Assembly (NCBI RefSeq): GCF_009914755.1
Contig: NC_060939.1
From: the human T2T-CHM13v2.0 reference genome, Homo sapiens
Strand: one strand, 5' to 3'
DNA length: 64,000 nt
Each line of letters begins with the position of its first letter. The stretch's first letter is position 1. The position numbers were made by a program, and so were the translations under genes. Positions 41,673-54,562 of the stretch are shown here, in pieces. A model generated the notes under the pieces. The model saw only the letters and a program-made list of their open reading frames with translations, was not told where the DNA came from and ran no database searches.

Positions 41673-43866
41673 ATTTTTTGTTATTTGTTTCAACTAGTGA
41701 GAATTGTCTTCAAACAAAGAGCCAAAATGCTTCTAGCTCATTGTTCTGGGTGCTGGGTGATATTGTGGATATGAACATCAGACTTGTCAGCCACTTCATA
41801 AGTGTTTATGTTCTAGAGATTGATAAAGGAAATAACTAAACTCCCAGCCCAGCCTGCACCTCTGATGCTGAGTTGTTTAGTGTACAGGAAGAATGGTAAT
41901 AACTTTATGTAAGTTCCCAGTAGCCTTGAAGCATCTGGTCCCATGAACAGGTAGATTTGCTAAAAATGCTAAATAAAGAGGTCATTGGCTCAGAAAAACA
42001 TTCTGAGCCAAAAGCAGTGACAAAGCACTGAAGGAACTGAGAAAGTACAACCTAGAACATCCCAGATCTCTTCCTACTTGCATTCCGGGAAACCATTTTA
42101 ATTACTCATGTGGAACAATATGACTGTTGATTGAGGAAGATAATACCGTGTGATGTTTAGAGACACTTCATAGAGGATCCCCCCAAAATTGAATAAAAAT
42201 ATGAAATTTATTTTTTTACTCCATTGTGTTTTTATTTTTTAACTTCTAAAAGAATACTTATTTGTGTTAAAAAAAAAAAAAAAAAAAGATTCCTTCTTTC
42301 CTTCATGTCCCTTCTTATTCTCTAGAAGAATAACCACAGTGGAATTTGGTCTATAATATACCATATAGAATTCCAGACATCTCCTCCTTCCTAACCGAAC
42401 CTAGACAGTTTTTTGTTTCTCTTGTGAATCATAAAATTAGGATTACATTAAACATATTTTTTGGCACTTTTCTCATAATCTATTTTTGACATCCTTTTAT
42501 GTCAGTACATATACATCTTATTTCATTACTTTTTGATTTCTACCTATATAACAATGTTTTATCGGCACATTGTTGCTTAATTTCTGAATCATTCATTTAA
42601 AGAAACTGATTAAAACATAATGGTGATTCCACCTCTGGCTAGTTTGTGTTTTTATTCCAGGTGAAGATCCCCTGACCTGCTGCACATGATATATGATTGC
42701 TGTTGTTACAAAAGGGCAGAAATATGCCTTGAGTATTTCCTCTGACCATCAAACCTTCAGGGCAAGAGGAAGACCCTGAATGAACTGCTCAGCAGAGAAA
42801 GATACAAAGTCCTAGAAATGCATTCCTAGACCAAAGGAAACAGAGCAGCTAATGTCTCCCAAGCATCCCTTCCCCCAAACCTGCAATCAGCAATAATTTT
42901 GGAGAAATAAAGCAAATGGATTGCCACATTCCTACATGTCTATTACACTTGACTATTCTTTGCAGGAGCTACTCAGGACCAAATGTTTGGAAAGGAAGTT
43001 GGCTGGCCACAGTATCTTTTTTTTTTTTTTTTTTTTTTTTAAGTTATTTTGCTGCAGCTGCAAAATAGAAAAAGAAGAAAAAATCCAACCTTCTCCCAAC
43101 CAGAGATCATTTTGGGAAAATTCTCCAACTATTTATTTAAGTAAAAGAACTTTCACATTACACATTTGTGCTTACACATGCTGAAACCTCTTGATAATCT
43201 GTTGAGGGCTTTACAAATTTTTTTTTAACTTAAAAATGTAGAGATCTATTTTTTTTTTTTTTTTTGCAAATGATTGGCTCCTTTGATTCAGGATTAAGTG
43301 TTGCATTCCTTGGCTTCTGAGGCTATGTATCCCTGACTGAGCCCCCAAAGATGGCTTGTTTTCTTAGGGGTTATTCCCATGTGGGCCAACAGGCAACATT
43401 AATATTTATTATGACAAAGCACTTTCCAAAGTCTGCCTCAATGTCTGTGTTTAGCATGTGCAACCTTGGCCTTCCCTTCAGTTTGTATAATTGCTGGCCT
43501 CTATTCTAGCAAATAGTAAGCAAACACTCTAGTTTGGGGTAATATTTTAATCGCTGTCTTCTTAGCATGGCACTGCAGGTCTTTGGGTCCTTCTGAATCT
43601 GCCTGTCTGCCCTCCAGCCTCATCCATCACACTGGGAGAACACTGAGCCAACATGCAGTCCAGGGTCACAGCATTGAGCCTCCTCTGCCTTCAATGCTGT
43701 TACCTTCTCCACCTGGCCAAGCTCTCCTCCTCCTTCCAAACCCAAATCAAGGCCCACTTTGTTTCTAAATTTTTTTGGGCCACTTCTTGCTCTTGCCCTG
43801 TCTAGGGAGAATTAAGCCTCCACAATTAGGTGGCATTTTGTTTATACTCTTACCACATATACAGTG

Positions 43867-44214
43867 TGCTATGGTCTGAATCTTTGCACTCCCAAATTCA
43901 GACATTGAAACCTAACCCCCAAGATGATGGTGTTAAGAGATGAGGCCTAGGGGAGGTGACATAATCACCCTTGTAGATTTTTTAAGGACGCTCTTAGTGC
44001 CCTTATAAAAGTAGCTTGAGGATTTTGTTTGCCTCTTCCACCCCGTGAGGATACAGCAACAAGTTGGGGCAGAAGGTGAGCTCTCACCAGACACTGAATC
44101 TGTTGGCACCTGGATCTTGGATTTCCCAGCCTCCAGAACTGTTAGCAATACATTTCTATTGTTGATAAATTACCGAGTCTAAGGTATTTGGTGGTAGCAG
44201 CCTGAACTGAGATA
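43867..44214 (+). mobile_element. MLT1A0/MST-like solo LTR
   Basis: tgctatggtctgaat...actgagata; TSD cagtg/ctgtg. Confidence 0.85.
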
Positions 44215-44274
44215 CTGTGTAATTTTAGTTATCAGTAATAGTATTATCATTATAATAACAGCTATCTTCGGTTA

Positions 44275-44353
44275 TTAGGTTAGTGCAAAAGTAGTCATGG
44301 TTTTGGTCATTACTTTTAGTAGCAAAGACCATAATAACTTTGCACCAACTGAA
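44275..44353. mobile_element. MADE1 (Hsmar1 MITE), inside a MIR (about 44240-44560)
   Basis: TA-ttaggttagtgcaaaagta...ctttgcaccaactgaa-TA, about 80-bp palindrome. Confidence 0.93.
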
Positions 44354-47300
44354 TACTAGCTTCCAGAAATGGAGCTAAGGACTTGTATTAGGTCATTTAA
44401 ATATAATTTGATTTTGCCCCATTTTTCAGAGGAGGAAATGAATGTACAGAGGTGTTATCAAGTGGTCCAAATGCTCACACCAAGCAAGTGGCAGAGCCAA
44501 GCATCATACCAGCCAGTCTGAGTCTGAAGCCTGTGGTCTTTACCCCTGGCCTACACAGCACATTCATGCATGTCCTCGTCTTTTTGTTGGGTTGGGAATT
44601 TTGATGGAAAGTTTTCTCCTTCATCCACATTTGTGTTCACTGTCCTACATATATGGGGCCCTCAACATTGCAGCACTTTATTTTTCAGGTGAGTTTTCAT
44701 CCAGACATTGATGGCAGAAGCTTTTTGGAGAGAGGTGATGAAGAAATGCCATCAGGCTGCTTATTAATGGGATGAGATGAGACCTCTAACATTGCCAATG
44801 GGACAAAATACCACCAGTCCCACAAAGGCATGTCTGTGGGGTGTGGTGGGGTGGAGGAGGGTCTACTGCATTGCATGACAGCGAGATAGGGAGAGAGATC
44901 AGGTATGAGGACAAACATCCGAGGTGGGGTGATGGTGCACAAAGGGCAGTCTAAACTGAGCATCTTCAATGAGGCAGTCTCTTGATTTTTGCTTTACACT
45001 CCTGCCCTTTTAATCTCCTATTTCCCATTTTCATATAGAAAACAGAGACTCACAGGGGACTAAGTAACTTGTCCAAAGTTACGTGGCTAGTAAGTGGCTG
45101 ACCTCCCCATCCAGGCATGGGGCCAAAGTTGAAACCCTTGGATAGAGTATGCTGATTTTAGTTTCAAGTTTAAGGCCACTGCATTGCCCTGCCCTGCCCG
45201 GGGCCATGGCTGTAAGTATAATCTTGTGCCTTGAGGAAAAGGGGCCTGTTGGCTTCATATACAAATGTTTAATGTAGTGGTTAGTAATAGGTGGGGGAGG
45301 GAATGCCTTGGTCTGGCATTGAAGGATGCTGCTGAACTCTGACGTGGCGTATTAACCAGCCTGCAAAGAAAATGAACTCAAAAATGTAGTCAGCTACCTT
45401 AACCTGACACGCGGAATCTGTGGTTGAAGGCTGCAGCTCTACTATGCAAATAGTTCTTATCCCCTGTGTCAGCTAAGGTTCAATACCCATCCCTCCTTCC
45501 CACCCTTGGTATTATCAAAATACTAAAGTATTTTTTAGTATTTTCAAATACTAAAGACAAATGATTTTATATTTTAAATACCTGTATTTTATGAAAGAGC
45601 AATATTAAAAATACTGAAAAAGCTTGCTTTCTTTAGGCAAGTTAATAGCTTTATATCACCTTTAAGCAGAGAAACTCTAAATTTGAGCACTAATGCTCCC
45701 TGTGTTCAATCTTTCCTCACCTGGAAGGGGGATGAAGGAATCACGCCTGGGTTTCTTCAAGTCTAAACAACTATCATCCCCCCATTGTTTCCGTTTCCTT
45801 TTAGTGTTAGATCTTTCATTTCATTTGGGGTCATTATTTTTGTGCCTTGATCTCTGGGATTATAGTTGCCCAGTTCTGCTCGCGTACAAATGAAGTGGAG
45901 CCTTCATTAGTTCTACCCCATTTATGACAGCATTCTTCCTTGTGCAATGTAGGGAGCCTAATGTGGTCTTACTGAAGTCTCTATGACCCACTCTGTGTCA
46001 TAGAATTGCATTCTCTTGGATCTTGGATAGCGAATTACAAGTTTGATTGGGTTTCAGCAATGCACTTGGCTGAAAATACACGTAAGACTTTATTTTGGGG
46101 GATGCCATTCCAATGAAGTTAGTTGTCCACATTTTCTATTCCACTTTCATTTTGAACATCGTTAGTGTTTTCCATTTCCTAGCCTTTCTTTGCAAGGTTC
46201 ATTTAAGATAATTAAGATTTTGGTGAATGACAGAATGGTAATTCCAACCGCAAGCCCTATGAGATGGGGAAGGATGAGTCAAATAAGGTTAAACGATGGG
46301 TGACAGGGAATCCCTTCTCTTGACACCATTTCTAAATTTGCAAGAAACTTGAACCCTGGAGTGCTTAACTCTTCTTCCACTCCATGTCCAAAGGGTATTA
46401 TTGTCATGAAGGAGGTCTTTGAAGTGTTAGTAGGATGCTTGTGGTTTCAAAACATTTTCTCCTTCTCTGGTGCAGTCTCCCCACAGCTGTTTTCATTGCC
46501 CCTCCTTCCTCCTACCCAAGATGTTCTGCCAAACATGCACCTCCTCCAAGTGACAACAGCCCTCTGACCAAATAGAAATTGCTACCCCACTAACAAATTA
46601 GAGATGTCCTCAGGCCCAAAGTTTCCCCAAGATTTTAGACTCCTCTGCCCAAGAACTTTGGGACAGTTTTCCATACCTTAGACAACTGTTGGTGTCAGTG
46701 GCAACTATTAACTCCTTCTTTAGAGGCAACTAATTAAGATCCAAGATCAGGAATATGTTTCCTTTGTTTTCTACCTGACCAAAGGCTCCTCTCTTCTGGG
46801 GCAACCCCCAGGATTGGAGTAGCCTTTGTATTTTTTACTGTGTAGGGGAAAAATTTACAAATGTCTATCAATCAATCCTAGTTTTCTAGTTATTTAGGCA
46901 GCTACTCAATGTTCATAATCATTTCTACCCAGGTATCTGTGGCAGCCTCTCATTTTGCGGCAGATGTGACAGTCATATGTGATCTAGGGTTTGGGATGAT
47001 TTTACCTTGAGAAATGCCCTAGGAGTCTATGATAGTCTTCAACAAGGAGGAAATATTGTGTATTATTCACGGTTTTACTGTTATTTAATCACAGAGGAAC
47101 TATATGTTTGGCTATAAGCTATGTCTTAGAACTGGGTTAATGATCCCAAGCAGAATGTCTGTCACACAGGTCATCAGTCAATGTTTGCAGAATAAGCCAG
47201 CTAGGGTTTTATTTAAAAAAAAAAAAATCAACATGCCAAAGGGTTAGCTGGCACAGATGAGAATCTATATTCTGGGTAATATTCTCTAGTAGTAAAAAAA

Positions 47301-48499
47301 GATAAGGAAAGGTAAAGACCAAATTATTTGACATAAATGCTTTTAATGGGATAGGAAGAAAAGAAAAAAGTAAAACTAGTTGAGGTGAGCGAGTGTAGAA
47401 CCTTGGATTTCTAATTCAAGATGAGTTTTTTTTTCCCCCAAAAACTGCTCTGAAGTGACAGAAAAAATAAAGTATAAATAGTGCTTGAAGACAGAAATTA
47501 GTACCATCAGATACTGAATTTTTAGGCAATAATGAAGATGGAATAATGTTAATGGCAGGGAAAAAAAAAACCCAACAGTGTCTTAAAGCAGTTACAGGAG
47601 AAAGCTCCTGTACAGGTAAGGTTGGCTTTTCCCAGCCTAGAGAAACAAACACAGAGTCAGCAGTTACACAGATCAGCAACAGGAGTGGCATGACCTGAAG
47701 GCAGAAGGCTTCTAGTAACAAACTACTCATACCCTGCCTTCACCCAACACTCTCCTTACTCTCCCATCCTTTAGAGTGTTTGGCTGAGCCTTTGGAGAAA
47801 AACAGCTTTTTCTACAAGAATCTTTGTGTGCCTGCCCAGTGAGGAGCGAAGGTGTGCTTCCTAGTGTGGGCACAGCAGTAGAGGTAACGCCAGATACAGG
47901 AGCAGAGCCAGGGTGAGTCAAGAGGAGTGTGTAATAAAGAAAGAATTAGTGATTTGAGATGATGTGAGAACTCCAAGGATTAAAGGGAAACTCCTAAACA
48001 CTTTCAGAAAGAAGGTGTTTTAAAAGTGAAAGAAAAGCTAAAAGAAGAAAAGAAAAAGAAAAAAAAAGCAAAACATGCAAAAAATTTAAAAGGCTCAAAA
48101 TCAGCCATATAAAGACACGGGTCATATTGACCACAATGCGCTAAAAGCAGAAATGAGTAAGATAAAAATTGTAAAATAAAAATATTTTACAATTACTATG
48201 GCCTATTTGATAAGCCCAGGAGGAATAGCTCAACTGCTTAGCAATCATCATGGGAAAGGCTCAACCAGTCAGAACAGACTGTCCACCCCAGCAGAATGGG
48301 TACCCAGAAATCTGTGCTGATGCAAACCTGCTAGGGGCAAACCTGTTGAACATCAAACCTAGATTGGTTCCAAGAGGCCTTGGTTCCATGTTGGTGGAGC
48401 AGCTGAATACTACTTGGTTTGAGGCACAGTTTCTTGGAAGACTGTTGCAGTCTCAGAGCTTCAAATTTTACGAATTTCCCAACTAACATCCTTTATCTG

Positions 48500-49450
48500 G
48501 TTCAATCCATGATCTGACATTGCAGTTAGTTGTCATGCATCCTTAATCTCCTCTAATGTGTTAACAGTTCCTCAGTCTTTCGTGTTACTTTGAAAAATAC
48601 CGTTCGGTTATTTTTCACAGTCTTCCTCAATTTGGATTACTCATATGATTTAGGCTGAGGTTATGTATATTTGGCAAAATACCATGGAAGTGTTGCTGGG
48701 TCCTTCTCAGTGTATCATATCAGGAGGCACATAATGTTAGTGTGCCTTGCAACTGGTGATGTTAAGTGATTACTTGGTTAAGGTAGCATCCACTTTTTTC
48801 CACTATGAAGCTACTGTTTTTCCTTTATAAGTAATAAGTGTCTTACAGGAAGATCTTTTGAAACTGTGCCAGTGTCCTACTTTTTAATCAAACTCTCACC
48901 CACTAATTTTAGCAACCACTGATAGTTCTTGCTAACAATAACTATTACTGTTGTGTTTGTCTAGAAGTGATTTTCCATTTCCATTATCTCTTCTGCATTT
49001 ATTCATTGGAATTACACTGTCAGAAGAGCTGTTTCTTCTCCCTTCTCTACTTATTCAATTATTTATTTGTATCAGTTGGATTCATGGTTATTTTATTTTA
49101 TTACTGTTATGTATTTTGTTGCTCAGATTGTTCCAGCTTTGGTCATTGGGAGTTCCTTCAAGTTGGTTCCTGTGTTCTTCTGACATGTAGACATCATTTT
49201 TTTTGAAGCATTTACATTATTTTTCAAGCTTATCTTACGTTGTACCTGACCCAGCTCTGGAATCAACCACTTCTCCAGTGAGTTCTGGCTTATTTTATTG
49301 GAGAATGGTATTTAGAAACCAAGATCTGGGTGCTAGGTGTGCTTGTTGCTATTGGGTTGTCATTACTTCTAGGTCTTCTCAGTGGATGGAGTTAGAAAAG
49401 GTATGTATGTATACTCACATATATACATGCACATTTTTATACATTTTCTT
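48500..49450 (-). mobile_element. L1MC4/5-like 3' fragment
   Basis: acattgcagttagttgtcatg...tgctcagattgttccagctttggtcattgggag...agaaaccaagatctgggtgctag. Confidence 0.8.
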
Positions 49451-49627
49451 TTGAGTTAAGAGATACATTTTCTGTCTTCTTCTGAGCCATTTTTAAAAGA
49501 GACACAGACCACGGACCATCAGCTTACTTTTATTTCGATATATTTACTTATTGCTTTAGTAGGTATCACAGTATAAGAATTTTGTCTAATGGCTCAAGCT
49601 CTTGAGAAAAAGAAAATGAAAAAGGCT

Positions 49628-49646
49628 TTGCGCCCTCTTGTGGTCA
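49628..49646 (-). promoter_or_regulatory. CTCF-binding motif
   Basis: TGACCACAAGAGGGCGCAA vs consensus TGGCCACCAGGGGGCGCTA; CpG retained; outside recognised repeats. Confidence 0.7.
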
Positions 49647-49859
49647 AACTGAGTAACTGGTATTTCATGGCATTGGAACAAGAGTTGAACGTATGAATGA
49701 GATAGAGTGGCATTGACCTATAGCGTAAAATATATAATCTGATAGAGTTAGCTTGTGACTATCCTGTAGCATGAATGAACCTAAAGGGAGTAATTTATAG
49801 CCAATGTTTTTCTGAGTTACCCGAGATCATAATATAACCAACATTTTACCAAAGGTGTT

Positions 49860-50015
49860 CAGATAGATCTTCCCATTGGATCCTCACAGCAATCTTGCAA
49901 GGCAGATTTTTATTATCCCTAGTTTACAAATAAGGAACCAGTTTCAAAGAAGCTAAATAATTTTCATAAGTCAATTTTGTAACTTGTTTGGAACTACAGC
50001 TGGAACTTGAACTTG
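49860..50015 (-). mobile_element. MIR
   Basis: ggatcctcacagcaatcttgcaaggcag...tttacaaataaggaacc. Confidence 0.7.
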
Positions 50016-53000
50016 TGTGGTAAGAAGGAGTTGGTCTGACTTGTCATTGTTAACCCTCTGCTTTTTCTGCTGAAGAACTTTAAAATACGTTAAACATTTC
50101 ATTACAATGGAAGAAAATTATCAAACCTTAAACCCAGAAAATCAGAATCATAATTTAAAAAGGAAAGGAAGGAAGGAAAGAAAGAAAAACAAGTCTCCTA
50201 CAATTTGGCTCTTGAAAACATTTTTAGAAGTTCATAAAAATGAGAAAAAGACAATCCTATCATTGAAGTTTTTTGTTTTATCAAGTTAACACCTAGTTAA
50301 AACAGGTAATGGAAGCCATATAAATACAAAATCCAGACTCTCAATAAACTTCCTACACCAGATGTGGACTGAGATACACTCCATTCTGGGAAGTTGGCCA
50401 CCATAAACCTCTGACAGCCATAGATGAGTCATCTAACCATCTCATTCCATGTGATCACAGGTCTTTGTAGTGTTACTCGTGCTTGGGCTGAATAGAAATA
50501 TCACCATAAATCTCCTAACTAAAAGGATGCAGTTTCTCATTTTCATTTAGACAGATTTGAAAATAGGGATGAGATTGATCAATACACTCATCTTTCTGCA
50601 ATCATCTGAGAGGCCAAAATGGCCTTGAGGATGATATATGGCATGCACAATGTGAATCTCTAAAAGCTTTTGGTCTCTCAAGGTTATTACGAAGACAACC
50701 ATGGGAAGTAATAAAGCTGTGTCGTTTATTTAAAGTGAGGGCCCTAATCTTTTTTCTACTGGTACTTCCCGCTTTTCTATTTTAAAAGCGCTGACTGGAC
50801 AATATGAAAGAAAAGAAAGGTGCCAATTTTAAACCCTCAGGAAGTCCATTTGGTGAATGGATTCTAGAAAGGTAAAATCAAATGTTTCACAAATAAAAGT
50901 TGGTGTTGGGTTAACTTTCAAATTGATGCCAGACTTAAGCTTTGGAGGTGTGTCATTTTTATCCAAATAACAATGCAGAAACGACACAAAGATTCCCATC
51001 CCTGCCCATGGCAGTAGACAGAATTCCAAGTGGAGTTGCATTACTTGGACCTGAGAGGGTTGGTGGTTTGAATGAAGTTCAGTGGAACCATTTCTATCTG
51101 ATGAAGTGTGAAATATAATTGCTAAATATGGTTTTGAAAATCAAAATGGGCGAAATATGCTGTGAAAGAGAATTTCCAAGACAAGCTGGGAATATAAACA
51201 AGCAAAAATAAAACCAGTGAAAACATAAGCAGCAGAGAGTCTTCAAGGTCAAGGCTGTTAAGGGAACCCACAGGTTCTGTAACATTCTTGTCATTGTCTT
51301 TTCCTCCGCATCCTCAGCTGGCCAACGAGGAGACCAAGAGCAGGCTCGTGTCGTCATCTGGCTAGTGTCTAGACATGAGCATGAATGCTCTCCTCCCACA
51401 CACAGGTGCTGCCATGTGATGTCTGCACGCCACATGGCACATCCCAAGGAAGGTCATGCTGGGAAGGGACTGGGTGTGTCCTGAGTTCTGGTCCATTGCG
51501 TCCAGAGGCACAATCTCCAGAGTGACACAGGGAATGAAGGAATCTTCATTTCCAGCCAGTTTTATGCAGCAGGAAACACAATGACCGTGACAATCCCTTC
51601 CTGTCCCATGGAAGCCTGGGGGAACATAGGAGAAGCATCTGCACTGCACACCCATCTGGAGCCTGCAGACCAGGTCCTGGAGACGTTATGTTCTGTGATT
51701 AAACCATCTGGAAAGCAACATGGTAGGATGAGAAGGGCCACTCCAGGGTAACCCACCTTATGACTTGTAATCATGTTGAGCCCTGTGGACCTTGCTCACC
51801 TGGCTGCCGCCTTGCTCACCATCCTGCAAGCACCAATACTCCAGCTCTTTAGGGCTCTCTTTCCCCTTCAGTTCTGTGCATGCTGTTACCACAGCCCGGA
51901 ATCCATGGGCCAAGTAGCTAGTGCTCTCAGACCCTGCTCAGGTGTCCCTTCTCCAGGAAGTCTCTGAATTCCCATTTCCCTTCTCACCCACTCCTTGAGG
52001 AGGATTCTAAGACTAGGTTTGGACCCAGCAGGAAGAAGTGCTTGAGGTCAAAGTCTAGCACAGGTATGGGAGCGGAAGTAGAGGCAGGCAGGCAAAATAT
52101 CTGCCGTTTCAGGGTAAGTTGTGAATAGAACAAACAGTTCCACAATTAAAGTTAAGAGTTTGGAAACACTGGACTTGGCCGCTTTTTCTCGTCTTCACTG
52201 AGCCACCTGCTAACCCATGACTTGTTCTCCTAAGTGGACTCAATCATGAGGAAGGAGTATTCAGAGCCAGGGACCAGTTACTGGTAGCTTACCAGGCCAC
52301 CTTTCTGTAGAAAGCAATAAATTGGCCTTTGGGTTTATTTCTAAGTGTCCAGGCGTTTAGCCAGTGCAGGTCTATCTGCCAGAGCCTGACTACCCTCAGC
52401 ATGCTGAGAAAGTGGGGTTCATGTGCTGGGAAGCTGAACCGAAGAGTGGCCATTGTATGCCCTGCTTGGGGTAAAGAGAGGCCTCTATGGCTATCTTTCA
52501 TCAGAATGAATGGCAGGGCCCAGTGGACTTTCTCTTAATTCAGTCTTCTCCTTGCAGAGGCTTTTTCTTAAACTCAAGCTTTCCCTGGCAAACTCAGAAC
52601 AGGATGAAATGATCTGGCAAAGGGAAATGAAGAGGAGGAATTATCCAGGGGATTTGATCCTTGTGGTCATTTTTCAGACAAAAATGTTCCATCCATCCCT
52701 TTCTTCAAGAGCAGGAATTTGGTACCTGCAATATCCAGATCATTACATTACTTCTCTTGGCATTTGAAAAGAAAATTGTTTTGTGTGTCTGTGAGAAAGA
52801 GATTTAATGTATTTATATTCCTTTGATGCCTACTTCCCCTCTGAGTTTCTATTACCACAACCAATGATCCCCCTGCATGTAGTTTTGTAATGTGAAGCCC
52901 ACACATAGAGTTTTTTTTTTTTAAGTAAAATTGAGCTTCTAAAATTACCTAAGAGCTGCCAATTCTGAAAATTAACCTCTGTTTAATTAGTTTTGAATGA

Positions 53001-53831
53001 CAACAAACCCAAACTAGTTAAGGTAGAAGCTGAGAGGAAGGAGTACTATGGGAGTTTTCACATTGAATCTCCTGTGTGGCCCTCAAACCAAAGTTTCAGG
53101 AGAATGCTGCCAAATAAAAGAGTGGATGATTAAGTGGAAATTAGGAAAACTTTTGTAAAATTGACAAAGGAAAGTCAGAACATTTCAAAGTTTTCTCAGA
53201 ACTGAATAACAATATAGATCTTCCCTGTCTTTTTCTACCTCTCCCCGCAAGACCTGAGTGCCGGTCATTTTTTAGAAAAGGTGCTCAAATTGACACTTTG
53301 GAGATTTCCAGTGCCTTCTATGTGACATGTTTAAGTGCAGGGCTGTGAGGTGAGCACTGATACCATCCCCATTCATTTCAAAGGCTTAGTGCACTATTCA
53401 GGCTCGCGGTGAGGGCCCAGTTGATGCTAGCCACTATTACTCTATTAATTTGTGGGAGTAACCAGCCCTTCTGCTTGGGACTGGAACCATTTCTGATTGG
53501 TTGGTAATTGCTTTACTATGTTTTGAATGGTGGCACTTAGTGGGCAGAGTTTTCTAGTAAAATCTCAATAGGTATAAAGTGTACAGGTGTCTTCGTAACT
53601 TGTTTATAAGCTTACTTGAAGGTAAAGATATTGTTCCATCGATCTTTGTGGCTCACACAGCACGTAGCACAGTAGTTTTCCATAGTAGGTCCTCAAAGAA
53701 ACTTTTAAATAATAAAATGAAACCTCTGTGTGTAAAGCCATAGACGTGCTTGGTTGGTTTTGTGAAATCTCGTGTCTAAGCAAAAGGCTGATCGACATGG
53801 AAGGGTGATGATACCTGAAGAAATGAGCAAA

Positions 53832-54043
53832 GGTGCCCCCCAACAGAACCTTCCATGATGATGGAAATGTTCTGACCTATGTTGTCCACTAGGGGAGCCA
53901 CCAGCCACCAGTGAATGCTGAGCACCTGGAATGTGGGTACCATGGCTGAAGTACTAAATGTTCAAGTTTATTCAATTTTAATTAATTTCACTTGGAAGTT
54001 ACAGAGCCACATGTGGCTAGTGGCCCCTATACTGAACAGCATA
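53832..54043. mobile_element. MER3
   Basis: aacagaaccttccatgatgatggaaatgttct...agccacatgtggctagtggc. Confidence 0.85.
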
Positions 54044-54113
54044 GCACAGGCCTAGACCTCCAGTTGAGAATCTGGCAAAAAGGCCCATTTCAGTTGTAGC
54101 CATTGAACAAAAG

Positions 54114-54562
54114 CAGTGATCTCAAAGTGTACCCCTCAGTCAGCAGCATCGGCATTGCCTGAGAACTTTATTAGACTTGCACGCTTTTGGAGCTCATGCT
54201 ACACCTTCTGAAACAAATTCTGGGGATGAGGCCAAGCAATCTGTATTTTTACAATCCCTTTGTGGTTCTGATGCACCCTCCCATTTGAGAACCTCTGATC
54301 TAATTTAAAATTAAAGCAAAATGAGATTCTGATCTACGCTGGTCACCTTTTCTCTGGCAGTGGTTCTCAGACCTCACCAGTGTGGCCTAGCTGCGTGAGA
54401 ACCCCCAGGCCAATTTGTTACACATACACCCCCCCACACACTACCGAGTTCTACCCTTTAGGGATTCTGATTTTGAATATCTGGACTAGATCAGAAATCT
54501 CTACTTTTTTTTTTTAAAGCTCTGAGATACTTTTCATTCACAGCCAAATTGGGGAACCACTC
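54114..54562. mobile_element. MER5A (54114-54297) and a second MER5 (54358-54562)
   Basis: cagtgatctcaaagtgt...tttgagaacctctg; cagtggttctca...gggaaccact. Confidence 0.8.

Noticed and set aside
39120-47920. Scattered strong plus-strand splice sites (acceptors at 39140, 39818 and 42660; donors near 47615 and 47912)
   Set aside because: They cannot be paired into a coherent exon chain or reading frame, and isolated sites are expected by chance in 64 kb
51094-51447. 117-aa minus-strand ORF with a hydrophobic C-terminus
   Set aside because: No recognisable homology; the hydrophobicity reflects A-rich plus-strand composition
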